A stretch of 55,424 nt of DNA from Clostridia bacterium (GTDB lineage: Bacteria; Bacillota; Clostridia; TANB77; UBA1234). Below are positions 38,368 through 47,550 of this stretch, piece by piece. Each line of letters opens with the position of its first letter. Positions within the stretch are counted from its first letter, which is position 1. Both the position numbers and the translations under genes were made by a program. Where the stretch lies: assembly GCA_016291695.1 (NCBI GenBank), contig JAEEYG010000092.1, positions 1-55,424 of the forward strand, read 5' to 3'. The notes beneath the pieces were generated by a model. It worked only from the letters and a program-made list of their open reading frames with translations, made no database searches and had not been told where the DNA came from.

Positions 38368-40872
38368 ATGAATTTTGAAGAACTTAAGGGAAAAATTCAA
38401 GAAGATGTAACGGCGCTTGAACAAGCTACTAATCGTCTTGAATTATTAATACAATTTTTATCTGAAAAATATAATGATTCAGCTTTACATTATTTAAATA
38501 TAGAATTTTTTATTCAAGAAACAGCTTCTATTAGAAATGAATTGTTTGTTCTAGATGACTTTTGTCAGCTTCATTCATTGGCGAAACCATTCAATCTCCA
38601 GGATTATTCTGGTCTAGATTTACCTTCGGATCCTATTCTTCTATCAGATGGCAGCGAACAAACAAATACTAGCACACAGAATGTTGGATATACTGATGAA
38701 GAAATAAGATTACTCTCGCCACTTAGCAATTATCTTTATAGCTTATTGTCAGACATCCGCGAACACCAATATCAATTGTCTAATTCTTTTACTTCATTGA
38801 CTTATCCCATCTTATCTAGTCTAGGGCAAACTGTCCAAGATTATCCGGAAAATATGAAGTTAACCGACTTTATTAATGAGTCTGGTGTTGATGTAAATGC
38901 TCTTGATTTTCAATTGTTGAGTTCTGACGAAGTTAACAAGCTATATGGTTTTATTACTATAAGTTATAATCCTGAAGATCAAGATTTATCTTCACCAGAA
39001 ACACCAAAGAAAACAGATGTTATACAAGAGGATATTATTCGTCCGTTTGGAAGGAATATATCACAAATGACTGCAGACTATACTAAACTCTGGGATGAAA
39101 GAAGAATACTAATTGACCTAATTCAAAATCATTTACCATTGGATTCTGGTGGTAAAAATACAATATTACAATTTCATGTAGTTGAAGGAACACATAAAGA
39201 AGGCTGGTATGACATATCTGAAATTGGAGGATTTACAGATCAAGAAATAGATGGATTTCAGATTATTGATGATGGAGTTGGATATCAAAAAGAATATCTT
39301 TACTATTATGCTTCAAATAAGAGTGAAGAAAGTGCTGGTAAATTTGGTGAAGGATTAAAAGTTGCTCTTGGAGCGGCGCTTGCAAGAGGATGCAAGGTTG
39401 AAGTTCAGTCGCACTATGAGCCAGAAGCGGGCTCACAAAATGAACCTCTTGATTGGAGTGCTACAGAAGAATTAGCAGAATCTGGTGCAATAAGACCAAT
39501 TATAGTTGATTATAGAGAGGGAGCTGATATTAAAAAAGGAAGTCTCACTCGAGTAATGAACATAAATCCTGCGTTTGTTAGACAGCTTAGAAATATTAGA
39601 GAAAGTGTATTGTATTTTCACCCTTCAAAACCAGTTGCAGAAACTATGTATGGTTCAATTTTAGAATTAGAGCCAGCTGATATAATGCAAGCATCAGGGA
39701 GAGTATATGTAAAGGGGCTTTTATGGCCTGACAATAAAGATACAATCTTTTCTTATAATTTTACTCATTTAGATGTTAAAAACAGAGATAGACTATGCCT
39801 TGAAAGATGGTCTGAATTAATACCTGCAATTGAATCCGTCCTTTCCGATTTGTCCGATAAAAAAGTAATAAAACAAATATTGCAAACAATTAGCAATTAT
39901 AGTTCAACCGAAAGAGAATATGCAGAATTAAGTGCTGTTATATTTCATGATTATAACATTTATCATCCTGATATTTTGCAAGCTTGGTTAGAATCATTTA
40001 AAGAAGTATTTGGTGAAAGGGCATGCGTTATTGCCAGAAACTCATCCAACCCAGCAGCATGTGACTATGCGAGACATATGGGGCTTATACCAATTGTTTT
40101 ACCAAATTCGTGGGCACTTGCTTTAAGTAGAGTTAGGGGCAAAGATGGTGAAAAAATCTTATCTTACGAAGAAGAACATGATTCTGCAATTCGTAATGCA
40201 GTACCTGTTCCAGCAAATGAGATAACTGAAGATGAGAAAATTGTAGTTGATTGGCTACTACACGATATAGTTACCTTGTTACCACATGAAAATGGCAAAC
40301 CAAGGATATCCAATATCGAAATATATGATTATCCTAAAGATTACTTTGGTTCAAAGGCTGCTGGCTTTGCAAAATTAGGAGATACTATACATATTTGCAG
40401 AGATACATTTACAAATATTTTTGATTTACTCCATGTTGTTTTCCACGAATCTGGTCATGCTTATACGGGTGCAGGTGACCCTGATAAAGAATTTAGAGAT
40501 TTCTTATCAAGAGTTCTTGCAATTCAAGCTGCAAATAATGTTCTTGGCCCTGAAAGGTTAAGTCAAATAAGAAGTCTAAGTCGATTTGCAACAAGACCAG
40601 AACCAAGTGCAATGGAAGAATTCTTTTATGATGCATTTAAACCTTTTCAAGATCCATATACTTTTCAGTTCTTATCTAAAACTGATTCTACACCATCTGA
40701 ATTAGGACCTTTTGCAAAATTGTTAAGTGAAATGGGCTATGGAAGTAAAATGGATGAGCTAAAAAGAGATATTGATTCTTTCATTTCTCGTCTCGAAGGT
40801 AAAGGTTATAATCTCGAACAAATCACGAGAGTATTAGAAATGCGTAAAAGAGAAGTAAATCCTGAAGAATGA
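38368..40872 (+). CDS. GHKL (Bergerat-fold) ATPase fused to a C-terminal HExxH zincin metallopeptidase-like domain, with an unassigned N-terminal region of about 240 aa
   Basis: The N-box-like motif is RILIDLIQNHLPLD (from nt 39103, N254), G1 is IIDDGVGY (nt 39262-39285), G2 is GKFGEGLK (nt 39337-39360) and the zincin motif is VVFHESGHAYTG (HESGH = nt 40444-40458). Composition is native AT-rich. Confidence 0.7.
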   Translation: MNFEELKGKIQEDVTALEQATNRLELLIQFLSEKYNDSALHYLNIEFFIQETASIRNELFVLDDFCQLHSLAKPFNLQDYSGLDLPSDPILLSDGSEQTNTSTQNVGYTDEEIRLLSPLSNYLYSLLSDIREHQYQLSNSFTSLTYPILSSLGQTVQDYPENMKLTDFINESGVDVNALDFQLLSSDEVNKLYGFITISYNPEDQDLSSPETPKKTDVIQEDIIRPFGRNISQMTADYTKLWDERRILIDLIQNHLPLDSGGKNTILQFHVVEGTHKEGWYDISEIGGFTDQEIDGFQIIDDGVGYQKEYLYYYASNKSEESAGKFGEGLKVALGAALARGCKVEVQSHYEPEAGSQNEPLDWSATEELAESGAIRPIIVDYREGADIKKGSLTRVMNINPAFVRQLRNIRESVLYFHPSKPVAETMYGSILELEPADIMQASGRVYVKGLLWPDNKDTIFSYNFTHLDVKNRDRLCLERWSELIPAIESVLSDLSDKKVIKQILQTISNYSSTEREYAELSAVIFHDYNIYHPDILQAWLESFKEVFGERACVIARNSSNPAACDYARHMGLIPIVLPNSWALALSRVRGKDGEKILSYEEEHDSAIRNAVPVPANEITEDEKIVVDWLLHDIVTLLPHENGKPRISNIEIYDYPKDYFGSKAAGFAKLGDTIHICRDTFTNIFDLLHVVFHESGHAYTGAGDPDKEFRDFLSRVLAIQAANNVLGPERLSQIRSLSRFATRPEPSAMEEFFYDAFKPFQDPYTFQFLSKTDSTPSELGPFAKLLSEMGYGSKMDELKRDIDSFISRLEGKGYNLEQITRVLEMRKREVNPEE

Positions 40873-40882
40873 GGTGAAAAAT

Positions 40883-41170
40883 ATGAATGATATAAAAGTT
40901 AATTCGGAAGTATTAGGTGTTTTAAAGATTCTAGACAAAGAAACTTTACATAGACTACCTGATGACGTCTATGAATACTTAGTAAAGAATTCAAAAGAAG
41001 ACTTAATACCAGACATTCCATACGGAACACCTCTAAATGAAATGCCAATTTCAAGAGAAGCACAGGCATTTGTTACGATGTTAAATCTGGCTTTCTTTTG
41101 TAAGGATGGTAAGGAAAAAGAGACAATTATGAAAAGAATAATACAAAACGAAAAGAAGTATAATAGCTAA
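40883..41170 (+). CDS. Small partner protein, paralog C
   Basis: The start is 11 nt after the upstream stop (TGA 40870-40872), behind the RBS tgaggtga; GTG 40874 is also possible. It aligns gap-free with paralog A (see findings). Confidence 0.75.
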   Translation: MNDIKVNSEVLGVLKILDKETLHRLPDDVYEYLVKNSKEDLIPDIPYGTPLNEMPISREAQAFVTMLNLAFFCKDGKEKETIMKRIIQNEKKYNS

Positions 41171-41186
41171 TTTTTTCCTTGAATTA

Positions 41187-41215
41187 TTGATTAAGCACGA
41201 ATTTTATGGTAGAAT
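41187..41215 (+). promoter_or_regulatory. ackA promoter
   Basis: TTGATT (41187-41192), 17 nt, then TAGAAT (41210-41215), with TG at -15/-14. Confidence 0.55.
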
Positions 41216-41251
41216 TCGACTTTGAAAATTGCAAATAAAGGAGTTTTATAT

Positions 41252-42466
41252 ATGAAAGTATTAGTTGTTAATTGTGGAAGTTCTTCACTTAAATATCAAT
41301 TAATTGATATGGAAAATGAAAAAGTTCTTTGCAAAGGAAAATGTGACAGAATAGGCGAGACTGGAGAAGGAGCTATAGGTAAGCCATTTATTGAATATAA
41401 AGGTAAATCTGGCAAAAAGATTATAGAAGAAATCCCTCTTCCAGATCATGTTGCAGCATTTAGAGCTGTAGTTAGATATATGACTGATGCTGAAGAAGGT
41501 GTTGTAGAAAACTTATCTGAGATTTCTGCAATAGGACATAGAATAGTTAATGCTGGTCCTTTCTTCTACAAGACAACACTAGTTACAGATGAAGTAATGA
41601 CAAAATTTAAAGAGAGTTCAATTCCTTATGCACCACTTCATAATCCTGCTGCACTTCAAGGTATTAATGCTTGTTTTGAAACAATGGAAGGAATTCCTCA
41701 AGTACTTGTATTTGATACAACATTCCATCAAACAATGCCTGATAAAGCATTTATGTATGGTGTACCATATGATTGGTATGCAAAATACGGAGTAAGACGT
41801 TATGGTGCTCACGGAATGTCACATCAATTTGTTACAGAAGAAGCTGCCAAACTATTAAATAAGCCTTTAAACGAATTAAATATGATTTCATGCCATTTAG
41901 GAAATGGTTCATCTATTACTGCTATTAGAAATGGTAAATGCGTAGATACATCAATGGGATTTACTCCATTAGAAGGACTTGTTATGGGTACTCGTAGTGG
42001 AGATATTGATCCAGCTATTATGGAATTTGTCATGGATAGAGAAAACATGGATATCCATGAAATGTTAAAGACTCTTAACAAAAAATCAGGTCTTCTTGCA
42101 CTTTCTGGAAAAACTGGAGATGTTCGTGATTTAAGAATGCTTAGAGATCAAGGCGATGAAAGAGCAAAAATGGCACTTGAAGTGTTGTCTTATAGAATAA
42201 GAAAGTACATCGGTGCTTATATGGCTGTTCTAGGACATGTGGATTGTATTACATTTGAAGGTGGTATTGGAGAACACAATCCTGACGTTGTTAAAGCTGC
42301 AGTAGATGGTTTAGAAGAATTTGGAATCAAATATGATGACTCACATATTAATGATGAAATGTATGAAGGAGTTGTTAGTACCGAAGATTCTAAAATCAAA
42401 ATGTTTGTTATAGCAACTAACGAAGAGATTGTTATTGCTAGAGAAACACTAAACGCAATTAAATAA
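41252..42466 (+). CDS. ackA: Acetate kinase
   Basis: The start is ATG 41252 behind aaaggag. Motifs are MKVLVVNCGSSSLKYQL, HRIVNAG, GAHGMSH and FEGGIGE. Confidence 0.95.
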   Translation: MKVLVVNCGSSSLKYQLIDMENEKVLCKGKCDRIGETGEGAIGKPFIEYKGKSGKKIIEEIPLPDHVAAFRAVVRYMTDAEEGVVENLSEISAIGHRIVNAGPFFYKTTLVTDEVMTKFKESSIPYAPLHNPAALQGINACFETMEGIPQVLVFDTTFHQTMPDKAFMYGVPYDWYAKYGVRRYGAHGMSHQFVTEEAAKLLNKPLNELNMISCHLGNGSSITAIRNGKCVDTSMGFTPLEGLVMGTRSGDIDPAIMEFVMDRENMDIHEMLKTLNKKSGLLALSGKTGDVRDLRMLRDQGDERAKMALEVLSYRIRKYIGAYMAVLGHVDCITFEGGIGEHNPDVVKAAVDGLEEFGIKYDDSHINDEMYEGVVSTEDSKIKMFVIATNEEIVIARETLNAIK

Positions 42467-42473
42467 ATATATA

Positions 42474-42527
42474 AAAAAGTCCTCAATAATCATGCTTTTT
42501 TAAAGCAATTATCTGAGGACTTTAACT
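42474..42527 (+). terminator. Long hairpin after ackA (probable terminator)
   Basis: The outer stem is agtcctca (42478-42485) / tgaggact (42514-42521), with an internally structured loop. The T-tract is weak. Confidence 0.5.
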
Positions 42528-42706
42528 TTATGATCAAAAGAATCCGAAACGTAGATTTTTCCTTTTTCGATTTTCATATCTAATTTACATAATTTTTATA
42601 CAGTATTTTTTTATCAATTCAATACAAACATGTTACATTTACATAATTTTATAGAATTTTTAGCCAAATATGGTATAATTTACATGAATATTTCTAGTTA
42701 AGGACG

Positions 42707-43570
42707 ATGAAAATGGTTATTTCAAACGAATTTAAAGACTACGAGATCCTAGATATGGCAAATGGCGAAAAGCTTGAAAGATGGGGAGATATATACCTAA
42801 TTAGGCCTGATCCACAAATAATCTGGCCTAATAAAACTAATCCAAAGCTATGGAAGTTGGCAAATGCTCATTATCATAGAAGCAATAAAGGTGGAGGAGT
42901 ATGGGAATACATAACGGAACTTCCTAAATCTTGGCAAATAAAATACAAGTCTTTGACTTTTAACTTGAAACCTATGGGTTTTAAACATACGGGCCTATTT
43001 CCAGAACAAGGCTATAACTGGGATTTTATGATGAAGAAAATTAAAGATAGTAATCGTAAAATCAAAGTATTAAACCTGTTTGCATATACGGGAGGAGCAA
43101 CATGTGCCTGCCTTAAAGCCGGAGCATCTGTTTGTCACGTTGATTCATCAAAAGGAATGACACAGTGGGCAAAAGAAAATGTAGAAAGCTGTGGACTTAA
43201 AAATGCAGAGGTTAGGTTTATTATAGATGACGTTAACAAATTCGTTCAAAGAGAAATAAGAAGAGGAAATAAATATGATGCTATTATAATGGATCCGCCA
43301 TCTTATGGTAGGGGCGCAAAAGGAGAGGTTTGGAATATAGAGACAGATTTATTTGATTTGGTTAAGCTATGTTCACAGGTTCTATCCGATGACCCATTAT
43401 TCTTTATAATAAATTCGTATACTACAGGACTTTCTCCATATATATTAGGAAATATACTTAGTATGCTAATTAAGCACAAAGGAACAATTACTTGTGATGA
43501 AATTGGACTACCAATGAAGAACTCCAATACGATTTTACCTTGCGGAATATTTGGTAGATGGGAAAAATAA
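42707..43570 (+). CDS. Class I SAM-dependent methyltransferase (RlmI/YwbD-like rRNA methyltransferase fold)
   Basis: The SAM-binding motif is VLNLFAYTGGAT and the catalytic-type motif is IIMDPPSYGRG; 287 aa. Confidence 0.75.
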   Translation: MKMVISNEFKDYEILDMANGEKLERWGDIYLIRPDPQIIWPNKTNPKLWKLANAHYHRSNKGGGVWEYITELPKSWQIKYKSLTFNLKPMGFKHTGLFPEQGYNWDFMMKKIKDSNRKIKVLNLFAYTGGATCACLKAGASVCHVDSSKGMTQWAKENVESCGLKNAEVRFIIDDVNKFVQREIRRGNKYDAIIMDPPSYGRGAKGEVWNIETDLFDLVKLCSQVLSDDPLFFIINSYTTGLSPYILGNILSMLIKHKGTITCDEIGLPMKNSNTILPCGIFGRWEK

Positions 43571-43597
43571 AAATACATAAGAAAAGAGGATATACTT

Positions 43598-44812
43598 ATG
43601 AAAAAGGTATTATTATTAGTCTGTGTTATATCAATAATTGTTTTAATTGCATCATATTTCATAATTACTAATGGCTCAAGAATTAAGCCAGAAGTTGGAT
43701 ACCCTACATATACTACTAATCCGACAGAGGAACCATTACCAACTGAGGATACAAGAATTGTAATTCCAGTTGTTACTGCAAATCCAAATCCAACAATAGC
43801 TGTAGTTACTCCTATTCCTCCGGTAGATAAACCTGAAGATATTAATACATCTGGAGAATCTGGTGACAATACTAGTGGCGAAGTTATTACAAATAAAGAA
43901 TTTGCTCAGGATAGTATTATTTTTATATTGGATAATAGGATACTTTGTGGTTTAAATAGTGGAAAATGGACTTTTGACACAAATTATAAGCCATCAGATA
44001 TTTTAAGTAGTTCATCTTATTACACTTATAACAATAAAGGCGTAAAAGGAATTACTACAAAACTATATGCAACATGTAGTCTAAAGTATAAAAACTTTAC
44101 TGGTGTATTTTCAGAAAACTTTATAAACTTATCTTCAAAGTATGATAATAGTACTCATATTGCTACTTTTAATTTACCAGTTTCAGTACCACAGGATTTA
44201 GACTATAGCTACAACTATAGAGATGGAGAATTAAAATTCGAAGACAAAGGATTCTTTGTAACAAATGCATCATATGCTATTAATTTTGCATCCGTTTATG
44301 CTAATTCATATGATCCTTTGAATCTAACAAATATAGTAGAGAATAACTACATTAGAAAAGTAATTAATCTATCAAATAATGTAAAAGCATACATTGGAGC
44401 CTTTATAGCGGAAAATGAAATATCTAGTGATTTAAGTTATGCTGTTCCATTTGCTTGTACAGCAGATATAGATAGAGATAATAAGGATGAAACATTATAC
44501 TTTATTACTTCATATATGGGAAATGGTGATGAGGTCGATACTGACTTCGTTGCAGAATATGGTCATTACACTATGCTTTTGGTAGAAGACAACAATGAAG
44601 TAAATCTAATCTATTGCGACTATATACCAGCACAAGCAGAAAAAGAAACAATTGAGTTAGAGAAGAAGTATGATAATGCTTTATATAGACCTATAATAGT
44701 TGACTTGAATGATGATGGTATTTATGAACTAATCTTCAAGCTAAGAAGCAGTTCAGGAAATGAAACCATAATTTATATTTATGATAATGGAGAATACATT
44801 AGAGTTAAATAA
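43598..44812 (+). CDS. Membrane-anchored extracytoplasmic protein with a Pro/Thr linker and FG-GAP/VCBS-like Asp-rich loops
   Basis: It has an N-terminal TM, a PT-rich linker, and the segments ADIDRDNKDE and VDLNDDGIYE. Function is unknown. Confidence 0.5.
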   Translation: MKKVLLLVCVISIIVLIASYFIITNGSRIKPEVGYPTYTTNPTEEPLPTEDTRIVIPVVTANPNPTIAVVTPIPPVDKPEDINTSGESGDNTSGEVITNKEFAQDSIIFILDNRILCGLNSGKWTFDTNYKPSDILSSSSYYTYNNKGVKGITTKLYATCSLKYKNFTGVFSENFINLSSKYDNSTHIATFNLPVSVPQDLDYSYNYRDGELKFEDKGFFVTNASYAINFASVYANSYDPLNLTNIVENNYIRKVINLSNNVKAYIGAFIAENEISSDLSYAVPFACTADIDRDNKDETLYFITSYMGNGDEVDTDFVAEYGHYTMLLVEDNNEVNLIYCDYIPAQAEKETIELEKKYDNALYRPIIVDLNDDGIYELIFKLRSSSGNETIIYIYDNGEYIRVK

Positions 44813-44825
44813 CCTAGGAGATTAT

Positions 44826-45509
44826 ATGTTAGAAGTAATTTATGAAGATAATCATGTGCTCGTTGTAAAAAAGCCTTGTAATGTCCCTACTCAAAGTGAC
44901 AAATCAGGCGATTTAGACTTACTTACAATGTGTAAGAATTATTTAAAAGAAAAATATAATAAACCTGGCAATGTATATGTTGGTCTTCTTCATAGATTAG
45001 ATAGACCTGTTGGAGGTATAGTTGTTTTTGCAAAAACTTCAAAGGCCGCTTCTAGACTATCCGAGTCTATTAGAGAAAATAACTTTCACAAAACATATAT
45101 TGCTATAGTTTATGATCAAGATAATAAACTACCAAATGAAGGTTCATTTGAAGACTATCTTGTTAAAAATGAAGCTTTAAACAAGAGCATGGTATGTTCA
45201 AAAACTAAAAAAGGCTCAAAACTTGCTAGATTAGATTATAAGGTATTACAAAAAGAAAAGATTGATAATAAAGACTTAAAGTTAGTAGAAATAGCATTGG
45301 AAACCGGAAGGCATCATCAAATTAGAGTTCAATTTTCATCACGTGGTTTTCCACTATATGGAGACCAAAGATACGGAATCGGCCCTACAAATAAGCAAAT
45401 AGCTCTATGGGCATATAAAATTAGCTTTAAACATCCTGTAAAAGATGAAGTATTAGATTTTACCTGCATACCTGATAATATAGGTATATGGAAAAGTTTT
45501 AAGCAGTAG
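44826..45509 (+). CDS. RluA-family pseudouridine synthase
   Basis: The start is ATG 44826 behind the RBS aggag. Motifs are VIYEDNHVLVVKKP, HRLDRPVGG and TGRHHQIRVQ. Confidence 0.88.
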   Translation: MLEVIYEDNHVLVVKKPCNVPTQSDKSGDLDLLTMCKNYLKEKYNKPGNVYVGLLHRLDRPVGGIVVFAKTSKAASRLSESIRENNFHKTYIAIVYDQDNKLPNEGSFEDYLVKNEALNKSMVCSKTKKGSKLARLDYKVLQKEKIDNKDLKLVEIALETGRHHQIRVQFSSRGFPLYGDQRYGIGPTNKQIALWAYKISFKHPVKDEVLDFTCIPDNIGIWKSFKQ

Positions 45510-45666
45510 ATCATTCTACTTAAATAAATAAAAATAAGGTAATTCATCTTTGGCTGTATTATTTTTGTTCGTTTATAGTATAAAATTGTAAAAAAGTAAT
45601 AACTAATCTGTTTTAACAATAGAAAGCTCATATAATTATGGAATAAATTAGGAAAGGAGAATACTT

Positions 45667-46083
45667 ATGGAAATAAAAGCCATCAGTTCAACTACAGAAT
45701 ATCCTGAAAAAAATAATAATAAAAAATACGAAGCAATCAAGAAGTTTGCTAATTTATTAACGATTAACCTAATTGTATCTTTAAAATCAATTTGCTTTGC
45801 TATTCCTCTAATTCCACCACCAGACATTCCATTTGAACAAATAGAGACTGAAACAAATTTCTTACCACTAATAAGATGGATATTTGCTGCTCTTTCAGTC
45901 GCTGCTTTAATATATGTAGGGTTATCAGTTGCTGAGTATAAATATAAACTTAAACACAAAGAAGGATTTGTTCCACTTTCTGAGGAAGCTATGAAAAAAC
46001 AACGTATACGAAGAATACTATTAGTGGCAATTCCTGCACTTATATCATTAGCTTCAACATTGATTTCAATATTTATACAATAA
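45667..46083 (+). CDS. Small multi-pass membrane protein, unknown function
   Basis: 138 aa with the RBS aaaggag and three hydrophobic segments. Confidence 0.5.
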   Translation: MEIKAISSTTEYPEKNNNKKYEAIKKFANLLTINLIVSLKSICFAIPLIPPPDIPFEQIETETNFLPLIRWIFAALSVAALIYVGLSVAEYKYKLKHKEGFVPLSEEAMKKQRIRRILLVAIPALISLASTLISIFIQ

Positions 46084-46223
46084 AAAAGAATATATTTAAA
46101 AGACGATAGAGAAAAATGTCACTTATGAATATAAAGAAATATAATACTTTATATAGTCTAATTAATAATGTTTATGAAAGACTAACAATGTAATTTGTGT
46201 AACAAAAATTTAATATTAAAGTT

Positions 46224-46258
46224 GAGCCCTAATGTTTGATTATTAGGGCTTTTTTTAT
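46224..46258 (+). terminator. Orphan intrinsic terminator about 140 nt downstream of the preceding CDS
   Basis: A perfect 9-bp stem, agccctaat (46225-46233) / attagggct (46242-46250), is followed by a T7 run. Confidence 0.7.
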
Positions 46259-46326
46259 ATAATGTTAGTAAGTATATTTATGTCAAAAGAAATAATAATA
46301 TAGAAGTACTAAGGAGGAAATATAAG

Positions 46327-47478
46327 ATGGCTTTAAAATTTGTATTGAACGAGACAGCTTATTTTGGAAAGAACGCAAGAGAAGTATTACCAGAAGAAAT
46401 TGTTAAAAGAGGCTTCAGTAAAGTTCTACTTGTTTCTGACAAATCATTAGTTGAAGCTGGCGTTACAAAAAAGGTTACAGACGTTTTAGATAGGGCGAGT
46501 ATTGATTATTCTATCTATGACGATATTAAACCAAATCCTACAATAGCAAATGTTCTAGGTGGTGTTGAAAAATGCAGAGCTGAGAAGGCTGATGTTATAG
46601 TTGCAGTCGGAGGGGGCTCATCAATTGATACCGCTAAAGGTATTTCAATTATAATGACAAATCCAGATAGAACATTAGAAAGCTTAAATGGATTATCTAA
46701 TACAATTAATAAAGGATTACCACTTATTGCTCTTCCTACCACACACGGAACAGCTGCAGAGGTTACAATTAATTACGTTATAACCGATGAAGAAAGAAAG
46801 ATAAAAATGGTTTGTGTAGATCCAAATGATATACCTTGTCTATCAATTGTTGATTCAGAATTAATGTATTCTATGACAAGAGGCTTAGCTGCCGCTACAG
46901 GAATGGACGCATTAACACATGCAGTTGAAGGATACATCACAAAGGCACACAATACTATGTCAGATATGTTCCACATGGAAGCAATTAAACTTATATTTAA
47001 ATATTTACCAGCTGCAGTTAATGATAAAAATGAAGAAGCCATCGAAAATATGGCGCTTGCACAATACATTGCAGGAATGGGATTTTCAAATGTTGGTCTA
47101 GGCTTAGTTCATTCTATGGCACACCAATTAGGAGCAGTTTATGACACTCCTCACGGACTTGCGAATGCAATACTTCTTCCAACTGTTATGAGATATAATG
47201 GAGAAGTATGTGCTCAAAGATTTAGAGAGATTCTATGCGAAATTGGACGTCCAGATGCTGCATACTTAAATGACCAAGATGTTATTAATACATTCTGTTG
47301 GATGATTTCTGAATTATCTAAATCAGTTGGAATAACAGAAACAGTTAGAGATACAGGATGTAAAGAAGAAGATTTAGAAATGCTTGCAGAAAAAGCTATG
47401 GAAGATCCATGTAAACCAGGAAATCCTAGAGAAGTTACAAAAGAAGATATCATTAATCTATATAGATATGCTATGTAG
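46327..47478 (+). CDS. Iron-containing (group III) alcohol dehydrogenase, lactaldehyde-reductase-like
   Basis: It has GGGSSIDTAKG and His-rich metal motifs (DALTHAVE, HSMAHQLG..YDTPHG); 383 aa. Confidence 0.88.
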   Translation: MALKFVLNETAYFGKNAREVLPEEIVKRGFSKVLLVSDKSLVEAGVTKKVTDVLDRASIDYSIYDDIKPNPTIANVLGGVEKCRAEKADVIVAVGGGSSIDTAKGISIIMTNPDRTLESLNGLSNTINKGLPLIALPTTHGTAAEVTINYVITDEERKIKMVCVDPNDIPCLSIVDSELMYSMTRGLAAATGMDALTHAVEGYITKAHNTMSDMFHMEAIKLIFKYLPAAVNDKNEEAIENMALAQYIAGMGFSNVGLGLVHSMAHQLGAVYDTPHGLANAILLPTVMRYNGEVCAQRFREILCEIGRPDAAYLNDQDVINTFCWMISELSKSVGITETVRDTGCKEEDLEMLAEKAMEDPCKPGNPREVTKEDIINLYRYAM

Positions 47479-47488
47479 TATCCTACTA

Positions 47489-47517
47489 TTGACAACTTAA
47501 TATTAATGATATATACT
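47489..47517 (+). promoter_or_regulatory. Consensus promoter of cassette F
   Basis: TTGACA (47489-47494), 17 nt, then TATACT (47512-47517). It starts 11 nt after the adh stop. Confidence 0.55.
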
Positions 47518-47550
47518 GGACGAACCGACAAATTTTTAAGGAGGGTCACC

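Noticed and set aside
42583-42650. A 14-nt direct repeat, atttacataatttt (42583-42596 and 42637-42650), upstream of the methyltransferase gene.
   Set aside because: The sequence is very AT-rich in an AT-rich intergenic region, so chance or generic UP-element/promoter sequence cannot be excluded without statistics. It could be an operator but the evidence is insufficient.
43303-43869. A 188-aa minus-strand ORF spanning the end of the methyltransferase gene and the start of the next gene.
   Set aside because: It is antisense to two well-supported + strand genes, has no RBS, and its translation is low-complexity (G/S/T/V/I-rich). This is a typical shadow ORF.
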